From assembly GCA_903921365.1 (NCBI GenBank), contig CAIXPS010000315.1, forward strand, positions 19,629 through 83,628: DNA of 64,000 nt. Reading direction: 5' to 3'. Below are positions 29,498-38,007 of this stretch, one piece after another. Source of the DNA: an uncultured bacterium. Lineage in GTDB: Bacteria > Chloroflexota > Anaerolineae > J036 > Brachytrichaceae. The translations under genes were made by a program, and so were the position numbers. The notes under the pieces are model-generated. The model did not search any database. It saw only the letters and a list, made by a program, of their open reading frames with translations, and was not told the origin of the DNA. Position 1 is the stretch's first letter. Every line of letters begins with the position of its first letter.

Positions 29498-30298
29498 ATG
29501 ATCCCACAACAAGCGCCCCCTCAGCCAGCGCGCCCATCATGGCGGGTTCGACTTCCGTTATCCCGCCCATTCCTGACGTATGTGTTTCTTGGCATCATCA
29601 TCGTTATCTTCGTGATCATGGAGCTGATGGGCGGCAGCGAAAACGCGCGTAACCTGGTGCGATTTGGCGCTAATTATGCGCCCTTAGTCACGGATGGCGA
29701 CTACTGGCGTCTTTTTACGGCTAATTTTCTGCACATAGGGGCGCTCCATCTACTGGTGAATAGTTACGCACTCTATGTGTTGGGTCGCGAAGTGGAGACG
29801 ATCTACGGCTCAACACGCTTTACGGTGATCTACCTGCTATCGGGTATCAGCGGGGCGATTTTCAGCTACATGCTGACGCAAGGGTTATCTGCCGGGGCTT
29901 CAACTTCCTTGTTTGGTCTTTTCGGCGCATTAGCCGTGTTTTTCTTCAAGCAACGTCAGTTGCTGGGGGCTATCGGTCGACAAAGATTGATCAATCTGGG
30001 CATGACGCTGGTGATCAATGTGATCATTGGTCTCAGCCCCGGTAGCAGCATCGACAACTGGGGGCATGTGGGCGGGGTGATTGGCGGCGCGATTCTGGCC
30101 TGGTTTTTGTGTCCCACGTATGCATTGGCAAACCCGGTTGAGATGGAAATGAGCCAACCGGTTGAGAATCAGATAGATCTGCCCGAGGGTCAACTAAAGG
30201 ACACGAATACACTGGCTAAGCAGGGATTCGCCGTGGGTTTATTTGGTCTGGGGCTGGTTGCATTAACAGTAGTCGCGCGAATGGCACAGTCTTCATGA
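29498..30298 (+). CDS. rhomboid-family intramembrane serine protease
   Basis: FLHIGALHLLVNS, catalytic GASTSLFG and HVGG motifs; starts right at the gmk stop. Confidence 0.88.
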   Translation: MIPQQAPPQPARPSWRVRLPLSRPFLTYVFLGIIIVIFVIMELMGGSENARNLVRFGANYAPLVTDGDYWRLFTANFLHIGALHLLVNSYALYVLGREVETIYGSTRFTVIYLLSGISGAIFSYMLTQGLSAGASTSLFGLFGALAVFFFKQRQLLGAIGRQRLINLGMTLVINVIIGLSPGSSIDNWGHVGGVIGGAILAWFLCPTYALANPVEMEMSQPVENQIDLPEGQLKDTNTLAKQGFAVGLFGLGLVALTVVARMAQSS

Positions 30299-31266
30299 AT
30301 GTTTGTGTATTAGGCGCTACCGGTTTCATCGGTGGTCACATCGCTCGCGCTGCGGTTGCGGCAGGCTGGCGTGTTAGAGCCGTGCGCCGGAATCCCCGGA
30401 ATACCGGCGCGATTTCAGATGTCCCGGTTGAGTGGATGACCGGCAATCTGATCGATGTCGATTCGCTTCGGCGCGCGATGGCAGGATGCGAGATAGTCTT
30501 CCATGCTGCTGCGGCATACCCACAGGATTTCAGACACATTGATCAGGAGATTGCGCGCGCGCGAGCCGAGATGGACAACGTCCTGCAAGCAGCGCGGGCG
30601 GCGCGCGTCTCGCGCCTCATCTACACCAGCAGCATTACGACAATCGGCACTCCTCCAGAAGGGCGCCTGGCTGACGAGCGCGATGTCTATCGCGCGGGTT
30701 CCGCGCGCAGCGCCTATGCCGAAGCCAAATTTTCGATGGAACGCCTGGGACTGCGCGAGTCTCGCACGCCTGATCTGGTCGTTCTGTTGCCTACCGCAGT
30801 GTTTGGCCCTGGCGACATAAAACCCACCACTGGCGTCGTGATCCGCGATGCCGCGCTCGGGCGTTTCCCCATCTATTTTGATGCTGTCATCAATGCAGTT
30901 GACGTGCGCGACGTGGCTCGTTCCCATATTGCGGCTGTGACGCAGGGACGCCGCGCCGAGCGCTACATCCTTGGCGGGCATAATCTGACGATCTATGAGC
31001 TGCTGCGGACGGCGTGCCACGAGGCTGGAGTGCAACCCCCACGCATCAAATTGCCTCGTTCACTCGTCAGCGGTTTCATTGGTTTGACCGACGCAATACC
31101 GTTCGCGCATTTGCCTGAAAACTTCAGGACGTTCCATCTCTGGCAACCGGTGTCATCCAATAAAGCACAGGGCGAACTTGGGCATACGGCGCGCTCGTTT
31201 GAAGAAACTGCGCGAGACACGATCGCCTGGTTCAGGCAGCCTGAGCTACGGGCAGCCACACGCTGA
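30295..31266 (+). CDS. NAD-dependent epimerase/dehydratase (SDR, HpnA/DFR-like)
   Basis: VLGATGFIGGHI Rossmann motif and YAEAK catalytic YxxxK; ATGA overlap with the rhomboid gene. Confidence 0.8.
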   Translation: MNVCVLGATGFIGGHIARAAVAAGWRVRAVRRNPRNTGAISDVPVEWMTGNLIDVDSLRRAMAGCEIVFHAAAAYPQDFRHIDQEIARARAEMDNVLQAARAARVSRLIYTSSITTIGTPPEGRLADERDVYRAGSARSAYAEAKFSMERLGLRESRTPDLVVLLPTAVFGPGDIKPTTGVVIRDAALGRFPIYFDAVINAVDVRDVARSHIAAVTQGRRAERYILGGHNLTIYELLRTACHEAGVQPPRIKLPRSLVSGFIGLTDAIPFAHLPENFRTFHLWQPVSSNKAQGELGHTARSFEETARDTIAWFRQPELRAATR

Positions 31267-32701
31267 TACGCGTCCCGATCCCCAGCACGCTCTGAGCGCC
31301 GATCACGCCGTGGTGCGCCTCGACGATTTGTTTGCAGATAGCCAGCCCAAGTCCTGCGCCTGAAGGAGAGCGCCCATCCGTCTGCGCGCGCGCCTTGTCC
31401 ACCTGGTAAAAGCGCTCGAAGATGCGTGCCAAATCATCGGCCGGTATGCCTTGACCGGTATCGCTGACGCTCAACTCAATTCCTGCCGGGCGCGACTTGC
31501 TCGCAGGCGTTCCTCTGGTTTCAATGCTGACTTTGCCTCCGCGGTCGGTATGTTTGATGGCGTTATCAAGCAGGTTTGTCACTACTTGCGCCAGACGGTC
31601 GCCGTCCGCCTGGATAAAGGGCAACTCGGCGAGGTTGTCCTGCAGGAGGACGCCCGAGCTTTCGGCGCGCGGGACAAACCGGGTCAGGCATGAGCGCGCG
31701 ACATCGTTGATCGATACGCGTTGCATCGCCATCTTGATGTCGCCAGTTTCAAGGCGCGCAGAGTCAAGCAATCTGGTCACGAGCCGTGTCAACCGGTCGG
31801 CCTCGTCATTGATGATCCGCGCTGCGCTCTGAACGGACTCGGCATCGTTGACCGCGCCGTCCTGGATGGCCTGCGCAAATCCCTTGATCGATGTCAGCGG
31901 CGTCTTTAGTTCGTGTGAAACATTGGCGACAAAGTCGCGTTCCGTCATCTGCGCAGTCTGAACCCGCGCGGCCATCTTGTTAAAGTCTTCAGCAAGTTGC
32001 TTGAATTCCTCAGTGCCTGATAAGGCGACCCGTTGATCGTATTTTCCCTGCGCGATTGCGTTTGCCCCGGCAGCCACTTTCTGAATCGGTCTGGCGATGG
32101 AGCGCGCCACGAGCGCAGCGATCACTGCCGCAAGGATTAAGGCGGCGCCGCCAGCCTCGATGAAGGGAAGGGCCAGACTTTCGCCCTCTAAGCTGACGAC
32201 GGGGCCGCTTAGGAACGGGCGAGCGATGACCATCCAGTTTGTATTCGTCAATGCAGGGCGAATGGCGACGGCGACGTAAGTCCAGCGTCGTTTCTGCCCA
32301 TCAATGAAGTTGCCGGCGGCAACCTGGTCACGGGTATTCGGGGTGGTCACGTCGCCTGTAGCGGTGAGTTTGCGACTCAGGTCCAGTTTGCGACCGACCA
32401 GCGAGGCTTCGGCAGCGAAACCGTTATCCTGCAACACGACACCCTCATAGTCGAGCAGGGCGATCTGGAAGCGTTGATTCTGACCGACCACCGCCAGCCG
32501 ATCAAGGACTTTGGCGGCATTATCTGTTGCGTCGGCAAGCCGCAGGGATCGCACCACGGTTGTTGCGACGAAACTCAGTTCGCGCAGCGTCAGCCGTTGC
32601 TGATAATCGATCAGCAGTACCACCAGCGTCACGCTCAATATCAGCAAGGTGATGACGATGACGATCGTGTGCGTGAAGAATAAGCGGAGTCTGAGGCTCA
32701 T
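31232..32701 (-). CDS. sensor histidine kinase (TM-sensor-HAMP-HisKA-HATPase)
   Basis: H-box FVANVSHELKTPLTSI, N-box LLDNAIKHT, G-boxes DTGQGI and GAGLGLAI. Confidence 0.9.
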   Translation of the reverse strand: MSLRLRLFFTHTIVIVITLLILSVTLVVLLIDYQQRLTLRELSFVATTVVRSLRLADATDNAAKVLDRLAVVGQNQRFQIALLDYEGVVLQDNGFAAEASLVGRKLDLSRKLTATGDVTTPNTRDQVAAGNFIDGQKRRWTYVAVAIRPALTNTNWMVIARPFLSGPVVSLEGESLALPFIEAGGAALILAAVIAALVARSIARPIQKVAAGANAIAQGKYDQRVALSGTEEFKQLAEDFNKMAARVQTAQMTERDFVANVSHELKTPLTSIKGFAQAIQDGAVNDAESVQSAARIINDEADRLTRLVTRLLDSARLETGDIKMAMQRVSINDVARSCLTRFVPRAESSGVLLQDNLAELPFIQADGDRLAQVVTNLLDNAIKHTDRGGKVSIETRGTPASKSRPAGIELSVSDTGQGIPADDLARIFERFYQVDKARAQTDGRSPSGAGLGLAICKQIVEAHHGVIGAQSVLGIGTRISVWLPVAQAA

Positions 32702-32740
32702 TTTCCTGACGGCGCTCCTGTTTCTGGCATTGTTCCTGGC

Positions 32741-33430
32741 TCAGGGGGCGGAGACTAACTTGTACCCAACTCCGAACACCGTTTCAATCTCCACGCCGCT
32801 GCCTGCAATATGTTTGCGCAACTGGGCAATGTGCACATCGACCGTGCGCGTTTCGCCTGAAAAATCAAAGCCCCATACGGTTTCGAGCAGCTTTTCGCGC
32901 GTGAACACAATCCCTTTATTTTCGACGAACAGGACGAGCAGGTCAAATTCTTTGGCGCGCAATTTAAGCCCCTTGCCCGAGACGAGTGTCTCGCGTCGGG
33001 CGCGATCGATGGTGAGGTTGCCGATTTGCAGTAAGGCGCTATTGCCGCCTTGGTCGCCCTCGCTCCTCGCGCGCCGCAGGATAGCCTTGACGCGCGCCAT
33101 CAATTCGCGCGGGTTGAAGGGTTTGGTCAGGTAGTCATCGGCCCCGATCTCCAGGCCAACAATCTTATCCACTGCGTCGTCGCGCGCGGTGAGCATGATG
33201 ATCGGGGTGTCGGACTTTGCGCGCACCCGTTTACACACCTCCCATCCATCGACCCTGGGCAGCATGAGGTCAAGAATGATCAATGCCGGCGGATTTGTTT
33301 GAATGACATCGAGCGCAGTCTGTCCGTCGTAGGCGCGCAGCGTGCGGTACCCGGCCTGTTTCGCGTAGAGTTCAATTAACTCAACGATGTTGCGTTCGTC
33401 GTCGACAATCAACACCAGCTCGTTGGCCAT
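32741..33430 (-). CDS. OmpR/PhoB-family response regulator
   Basis: LVLIVDDE, ALIILDLMLPRVDG, LTARD, and winged-helix LRAKEFDLLVLF...VFGVGYKL. Confidence 0.92.
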   Translation of the reverse strand: MANELVLIVDDERNIVELIELYAKQAGYRTLRAYDGQTALDVIQTNPPALIILDLMLPRVDGWEVCKRVRAKSDTPIIMLTARDDAVDKIVGLEIGADDYLTKPFNPRELMARVKAILRRARSEGDQGGNSALLQIGNLTIDRARRETLVSGKGLKLRAKEFDLLVLFVENKGIVFTREKLLETVWGFDFSGETRTVDVHIAQLRKHIAGSGVEIETVFGVGYKLVSAP

Positions 33431-33493
33431 AGGGTAAAGTGCGTGTTATTTACAGCAGTCTCGCGAGTGTATATCCTCAGGCAGCGGTTGCTG

Positions 33494-34393
33494 TTATTTC
33501 GGCTTGAGAGCTTCATCGATCGCGGACTTAAAGGCTTCATACGGCTGTGCGCCGACGATGAGTTTGCCGTTGATCACGAACGAAGGCGTGCCGCGCACGC
33601 CAAGCTTGTTGCCTTCAGCAGTGTCAGTCTGCACGCGTTCGAGTGTCTTGTCCTGATTCAGACAGGAAGTAAATGACGGCACGTCTAACTTTAGTTCCTG
33701 CCCTAATTTCAACAGGTTTGCTTTTGTGAAGGTTCCGGCGTTCTCACCCCCCTGGCGGGTGAATAGAAGCTCGTGGAAATCCCAGAAGCGATTCTGGTCA
33801 GCGGCGCATTCGGCGGCCTGAGCGGCCCAACGCGACTCGTCACCCAGGAAGGCGAAATTCTTGTAGGCTAGCTTTATCTTGCCAGTAGTCACGTAATCGG
33901 TGACGATGCGGGGGAGCACCGTGTCGTGGAAGCGTTTGCAGAATGGACACTGAAAATCGCTATATTCGATCAGCGTCACGGTCGCCTTATCGTCGCCGCG
34001 GACGTTGTGCGGGCGCACGGCGATGTCGTCCGTATTAATCGGGGCAGCGGCCACCGAGTCGGTATTTGGATTGGCTGCATTGTTAGTGCCAGCCTGTAAC
34101 GCGTCCTGTGCGCCCAGTTTGGCTGCGTCGCGAATATCGGCCAGGCTGAGGGGGAGCGTGACTCCCGTGTTGTACTCCAGCAAGGCGTCTTTCGCGCCCA
34201 GTCGCGCCGCCTCGCGGATCGCAGTAGTGTCGGCGCCGCTTTGTGTCTGGGCGCCGCCACGCGGTGGGTTTGTCAACGACACAAGCCCGATCGCCGCGAC
34301 TGCGCCAACCAGTATCCCCAGACCAAACCAACCCAATGAACTGCGATCACGCCGGGATGGACTGTTTTGTTCAGTCTGCTCAATTTCAGTCAT
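33494..34393 (-). CDS. membrane-anchored DsbA-family thiol:disulfide oxidoreductase
   Basis: TM anchor then thioredoxin fold with YSDFQCPFCKRF active site. Confidence 0.85.
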   Translation of the reverse strand: MTEIEQTEQNSPSRRDRSSLGWFGLGILVGAVAAIGLVSLTNPPRGGAQTQSGADTTAIREAARLGAKDALLEYNTGVTLPLSLADIRDAAKLGAQDALQAGTNNAANPNTDSVAAAPINTDDIAVRPHNVRGDDKATVTLIEYSDFQCPFCKRFHDTVLPRIVTDYVTTGKIKLAYKNFAFLGDESRWAAQAAECAADQNRFWDFHELLFTRQGGENAGTFTKANLLKLGQELKLDVPSFTSCLNQDKTLERVQTDTAEGNKLGVRGTPSFVINGKLIVGAQPYEAFKSAIDEALKPK

Positions 34394-35544
34394 GCCTTTA
34401 TCTCCGCGAGCTCTTTGTACAAGGACTCGTACTGTGCTACTGCTATGTCTGTACTATACATCTGGTTGATGAAGTCACGGCTTTTTACATACCTGGCGCG
34501 ATTCTGGATGACTTCGATGATTGCCGCTGCAAGCGCGGGCGCGTCGCCGATCGCTACGACCCTGCCCATGCCCGTTTTCTGCACCGGCACGCGCACGCCC
34601 GGCAGGTTGCTGCAGATCGACGGAGTGCCGCACATCATCGACTCTACCTGCACCAACCCGAAGGACTCGGTTGAGTTCAGGCTGGGCAAAACAGTGACAT
34701 CACAATTTGCGTAGAGTGATGCAAGCTCCTGACCATGCAATGGCCCTGTAAATGCCCAGTGAGAACCTGCTTCGGCAAAACGCGGCTGCAGGTGCCGGGC
34801 ATAAGCCTCTTCGCCCAGCACTTTCTGATATTGACCGGCGAATAGCACGCGCGCTTCGGGCAGGGTCTTGCGCGCGATATCGACCGCATCGAGGAGAACC
34901 TCGACGCCTTTTTCGGTGGCCAGACGCGCAACCATGCCAATAATCGGACGACTGGTCAGGTTCCATTTCTGGGCAAACCGGGCAATACTCTCAGCACTGG
35001 GCGTATCGATCTCTACCGGCGGCGGGATGATCGTCACTTTGCGCAGATACCGAGACAAATAGGGTGAGTTTTGTGCGTAATCGTCGGTATAGGCCACCAG
35101 CCGGTTCGCGATCAGCGCAGCCAGATGGTTCGCCCCATTGATTACCGGATGAACGATATGGTTGAGAAGCGCCGGCGGCAGTTGAATGTCGCAGTGATAG
35201 GTCAGTAGCGATGGTTTGCGGTACAAACGAGCGTTCACCGACAATCCGGCCCCGTCAAACTGAGGCAGGTGTGCGTGGACGATATCGTGTGTCGGCATCA
35301 ACTGGCGCGCGACCATCCCGAAGGCGGGCATGATGACCCCTTTGCTTAAGCGCAACGCCACTGGGACACGGACGATCTGAACGCCGTCTTGAACGTCGCG
35401 CAGGGGCATTGATTTATCGTACTGTGAGGTTAACACGGTAACCTGATGACCTGCGCGCACCAACCCGCGCGACAGGCGCTCGACGTAAATCGTAAGACCA
35501 CTGATATTTGGCCGGTAGTAGCTAAGAACTTGTAGTATCCGCAT
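34390..35544 (-). CDS. GT4-family glycosyltransferase
   Basis: MRILQVLSYYRPNISGLT N-terminus and TESFGLVQVESMMCGTPS (E-x7-E) motif. Confidence 0.88.
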   Translation of the reverse strand: MRILQVLSYYRPNISGLTIYVERLSRGLVRAGHQVTVLTSQYDKSMPLRDVQDGVQIVRVPVALRLSKGVIMPAFGMVARQLMPTHDIVHAHLPQFDGAGLSVNARLYRKPSLLTYHCDIQLPPALLNHIVHPVINGANHLAALIANRLVAYTDDYAQNSPYLSRYLRKVTIIPPPVEIDTPSAESIARFAQKWNLTSRPIIGMVARLATEKGVEVLLDAVDIARKTLPEARVLFAGQYQKVLGEEAYARHLQPRFAEAGSHWAFTGPLHGQELASLYANCDVTVLPSLNSTESFGLVQVESMMCGTPSICSNLPGVRVPVQKTGMGRVVAIGDAPALAAAIIEVIQNRARYVKSRDFINQMYSTDIAVAQYESLYKELAEIKA

Positions 35545-35550
35545 TGAGGA

Positions 35551-36570
35551 TTATTTGCCGATCTCGATGTGTGGTGTTTGGCGTTCAGCGCCGTCTGTGC
35601 GCGCGCGCGTATTAGTCGCAACGTTTGAGAAGGTCATCCCCACCTGGAGCAGACCAACAATGCCAAGCGCGATTAAGGCTAGTTGCTGCCCCAGCGACCA
35701 TACAAACGCAAACGCGACTGCGATGTCCTCCGGGACTTGGAAGGGAATGACGAGCGCTTGTTTTGCGAAGAATTGCACGACTCCCAGCCCGCCGGGCGCC
35801 GATGGTATCGCTCCTCCGAGGTTGGCGAGCACGATCGTCAAACCCATCTGGTCAATACGCGCCTGCATAAACGCCATCATGGTGAAAAATGCGACGAACA
35901 ATGAAGTTCCCCAGATGCCAACAGTGAGCACAAGGTTATAGGCGAGTTTGACGGGCGAGCGGATCACCTGAAACCCGCCGACGATGTCGCGAAACCGGCG
36001 CGCCATGGCGTCGCCATTCAAGCGTGGAATGCGGCGCGTGATGCGCAACAGAAGCGTTTCGACGGCGTCGGACTGCCAGATCGCCAGGATGGATGCAAGC
36101 AGCACCACGATCACTACCCCGCCGCCTGTCAATGCGGCGGCAGAAAACTGGGGCGGCATCGGGATGAACTGGGCAAAGATGACAAACATGATTACGATGG
36201 ATGCCAGGTCAATGATGCGTTCGACTACAACTGTCGAAAGCGCCCGGGTCATGCGAACAGCTGTGCGTTCACCAATCACATACGCGCGGCCAATCTCACC
36301 CAGGCGAAAGGGCAGAATGCTGTTCAGCATATAGCCCACATTCAACGCATGAAAGGTGATCCGGAATGGCGTGCCTCCCATTAAACTCGACCAGCGAATT
36401 GCGCGCAACGAGAGCGTGAGAAGTAATGTAAAAAAAGCGGGGATCAGCCAGAGAATTTGAGCGCTTGCCAATGTGGCTGCAAACTCATCAAAATGGATAC
36501 CGCGAAGGGTGAAATACAGTGCGATGGCACTGATGGCAAGACCGAGCCAGAATTTCCAATTTTTGATCAC
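35551..36570 (-). CDS. UPF0104 / lysyl-PG-synthase-TM-like (flippase-like) membrane protein
   Basis: 339 aa, about 8 TM helices; start MIKNWKFWLGLAISAIALYF; LPFRLGEIGRAY motif; adjacent to a GT4 gene, as is usual for this family. Confidence 0.7.
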   Translation of the reverse strand: MIKNWKFWLGLAISAIALYFTLRGIHFDEFAATLASAQILWLIPAFFTLLLTLSLRAIRWSSLMGGTPFRITFHALNVGYMLNSILPFRLGEIGRAYVIGERTAVRMTRALSTVVVERIIDLASIVIMFVIFAQFIPMPPQFSAAALTGGGVVIVVLLASILAIWQSDAVETLLLRITRRIPRLNGDAMARRFRDIVGGFQVIRSPVKLAYNLVLTVGIWGTSLFVAFFTMMAFMQARIDQMGLTIVLANLGGAIPSAPGGLGVVQFFAKQALVIPFQVPEDIAVAFAFVWSLGQQLALIALGIVGLLQVGMTFSNVATNTRARTDGAERQTPHIEIGK

Positions 36571-37415
36571 GATTGCACAATGGCCGCTCTAATCTGGCTG
36601 ATGCGGGCTTCGATTGCCTCAATGGTTCCGGCGGGGAGATGGATAGACCCCAGTGTTGTCTCGGTGTCGCCAACAAACCCGTGGAAATCGCTGCCGCCAG
36701 TAGCAATGAGACCATTGGCCGCAGCGAAGGCCGCGTAATGTTTTATCTGCTCTGGCGTGTGGAGCGGATAGTAGACTTCGATGCCGTCGAGACCACAGGG
36801 GAGCAGTTCTGCAAGAAGGCGATCCGCGTCGCCGGCATATAAACTGGGGTGGGCGACGACTGCGATCCCGTGCGCGCGATGAATCAACTGGACGGCTTCG
36901 GCTGGCGTCAATCCCTGGTGTGGGACGAATGCCGGTTTCCCTTCCGCCAGGTAGACATCAAAAGCCTCCTGGCGCGTAGTCACCCAGCCTCCCTCAAGAA
37001 GCGCCTTGGCGACGTGCGGACGGCCAACCATTGCGTCTCCCGCAAGTTCCTTGATACGGTCGTAGGACACATTAATTCCCAGCCCGTGCAGTTGGGCAAC
37101 CATTGCTTTGGCCCGGCCATCACGCGCGTCACGCAATGCCAGGATGCGGTCGATGGTTTCTGGATCGGTGGGCTCGACCCCGTAACCAAGGACATGCACT
37201 TCGCCCTGGTCGGCAAGTGAACTAACCTCGATACCGCGGATGAAATGCACATGCTGTTGCGCACAAACCTGTGCTGCTTCAGCATGCGCGGCCACGGTAT
37301 CGTGGTCGGTGATCGCCAGTACTTTGATGTCGCGCTTTGACGCCAAAGCAACAAGCTCTGACGGCGTTAATGTGCCGTCAGAGGCTCGTGTGTGGCAATG
37401 AAGTTCGGTAATCAG
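36567..37415 (-). CDS. PHP-domain metal-dependent phosphoesterase (start extended to a non-canonical CTG/ATT)
   Basis: The frame upstream of the ORF-track TTG (37346) encodes LITELHCHTRASDGTLTPSELVALA, the PHP HxH motif. ITDHD follows, and GGSDFHG is near the C-terminus. Confidence 0.75.
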   Translation of the reverse strand: MITELHCHTRASDGTLTPSELVALASKRDIKVLAITDHDTVAAHAEAAQVCAQQHVHFIRGIEVSSLADQGEVHVLGYGVEPTDPETIDRILALRDARDGRAKAMVAQLHGLGINVSYDRIKELAGDAMVGRPHVAKALLEGGWVTTRQEAFDVYLAEGKPAFVPHQGLTPAEAVQLIHRAHGIAVVAHPSLYAGDADRLLAELLPCGLDGIEVYYPLHTPEQIKHYAAFAAANGLIATGGSDFHGFVGDTETTLGSIHLPAGTIEAIEARISQIRAAIVQS

Positions 37416-37741
37416 CGTGGTTCGACGCCAAACCGAACCGCCGTGCGTTCAGTCCCTTCAATATCCACTTCTGAAAAGGAAGGAATAACGACGACATTAA
37501 TCCCGTCGAGCAGAAGATACCCACGCGCAATCGCAGCCGCCTTGATCGCCTGATTGACCGCGCCAGCGCCAATCGCCTGTACGTCAGCGCGCCCATGCTC
37601 GCGGACTACACCCGCAATGGCGCCAGCCACTGCAGTCGATCTGGAATTCGCCGACACCTTAATAAGGTCAACAGCAGTTGTGCGTGTCCGCGCTGGGGTT
37701 GTCTGGTTAGTTTCATTCGCCTGTGCTTGATCTCTGTTCAT
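37412..37741 (-). CDS. spoVS: SpoVS-family protein with 25-aa N-terminal extension
   Basis: LIKVSANSRSTAVAGAIAGVVREHGRADVQAIGAGAVNQAIKAAAIARGY...ERTAVRFGVEPR matches Bacillus SpoVS along its whole length; GAGAGG RBS. Confidence 0.9.
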   Translation of the reverse strand: MNRDQAQANETNQTTPARTRTTAVDLIKVSANSRSTAVAGAIAGVVREHGRADVQAIGAGAVNQAIKAAAIARGYLLLDGINVVVIPSFSEVDIEGTERTAVRFGVEPR

Positions 37742-37852
37742 CGTTACCTCTCTGAAAACAACTCGTAGTTAGAATAAACGATTTTACAACGCGGAATTAA
37801 GAGATAGCTGAGAAGAGTAGGATAACACAAAACATATTTATTACATTTTTGG

Positions 37853-37870
37853 TTGTGATATTTATCACAA
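37853..37870. promoter_or_regulatory. perfect CRP/FNR-type palindrome TTGTGATA-tt-TATCACAA (TGTGA-N6-TCACA) upstream of spoVS
   Basis: Read directly; centred about 120 bp upstream of the spoVS ATG in an AT-rich 266-bp spacer. Confidence 0.55.
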
Positions 37871-37936
37871 TGTCACTCTCTCTTACAACATATCTCACAA
37901 CGCACGCATTTTACCATAACCAGTAGGGCGTCACTA

Positions 37937-37958
37937 TATAAACATAATATAAACATAA
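37937..37958. repeat. perfect 11-bp tandem direct repeat TATAAACATAA x2
   Basis: Units at 37937-37947 and 37948-37958 are identical; lies between the DUF624 gene stop and the spoVS promoter region. Confidence 0.85.
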
Positions 37959-38007
37959 GTGTAGGCGAATCGCAGTTTGTGCAATTCATCATGCAGTCAA
38001 GGCTTTC

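Noticed and set aside
37412-37741. SpoVS, SpoIIM-like and SpoIIE-like genes as evidence of an endospore programme
   Set aside because: These families are widespread in non-sporulating phyla. No sigma-factor cascade, spo0A, or coat or cortex genes are seen in the window.
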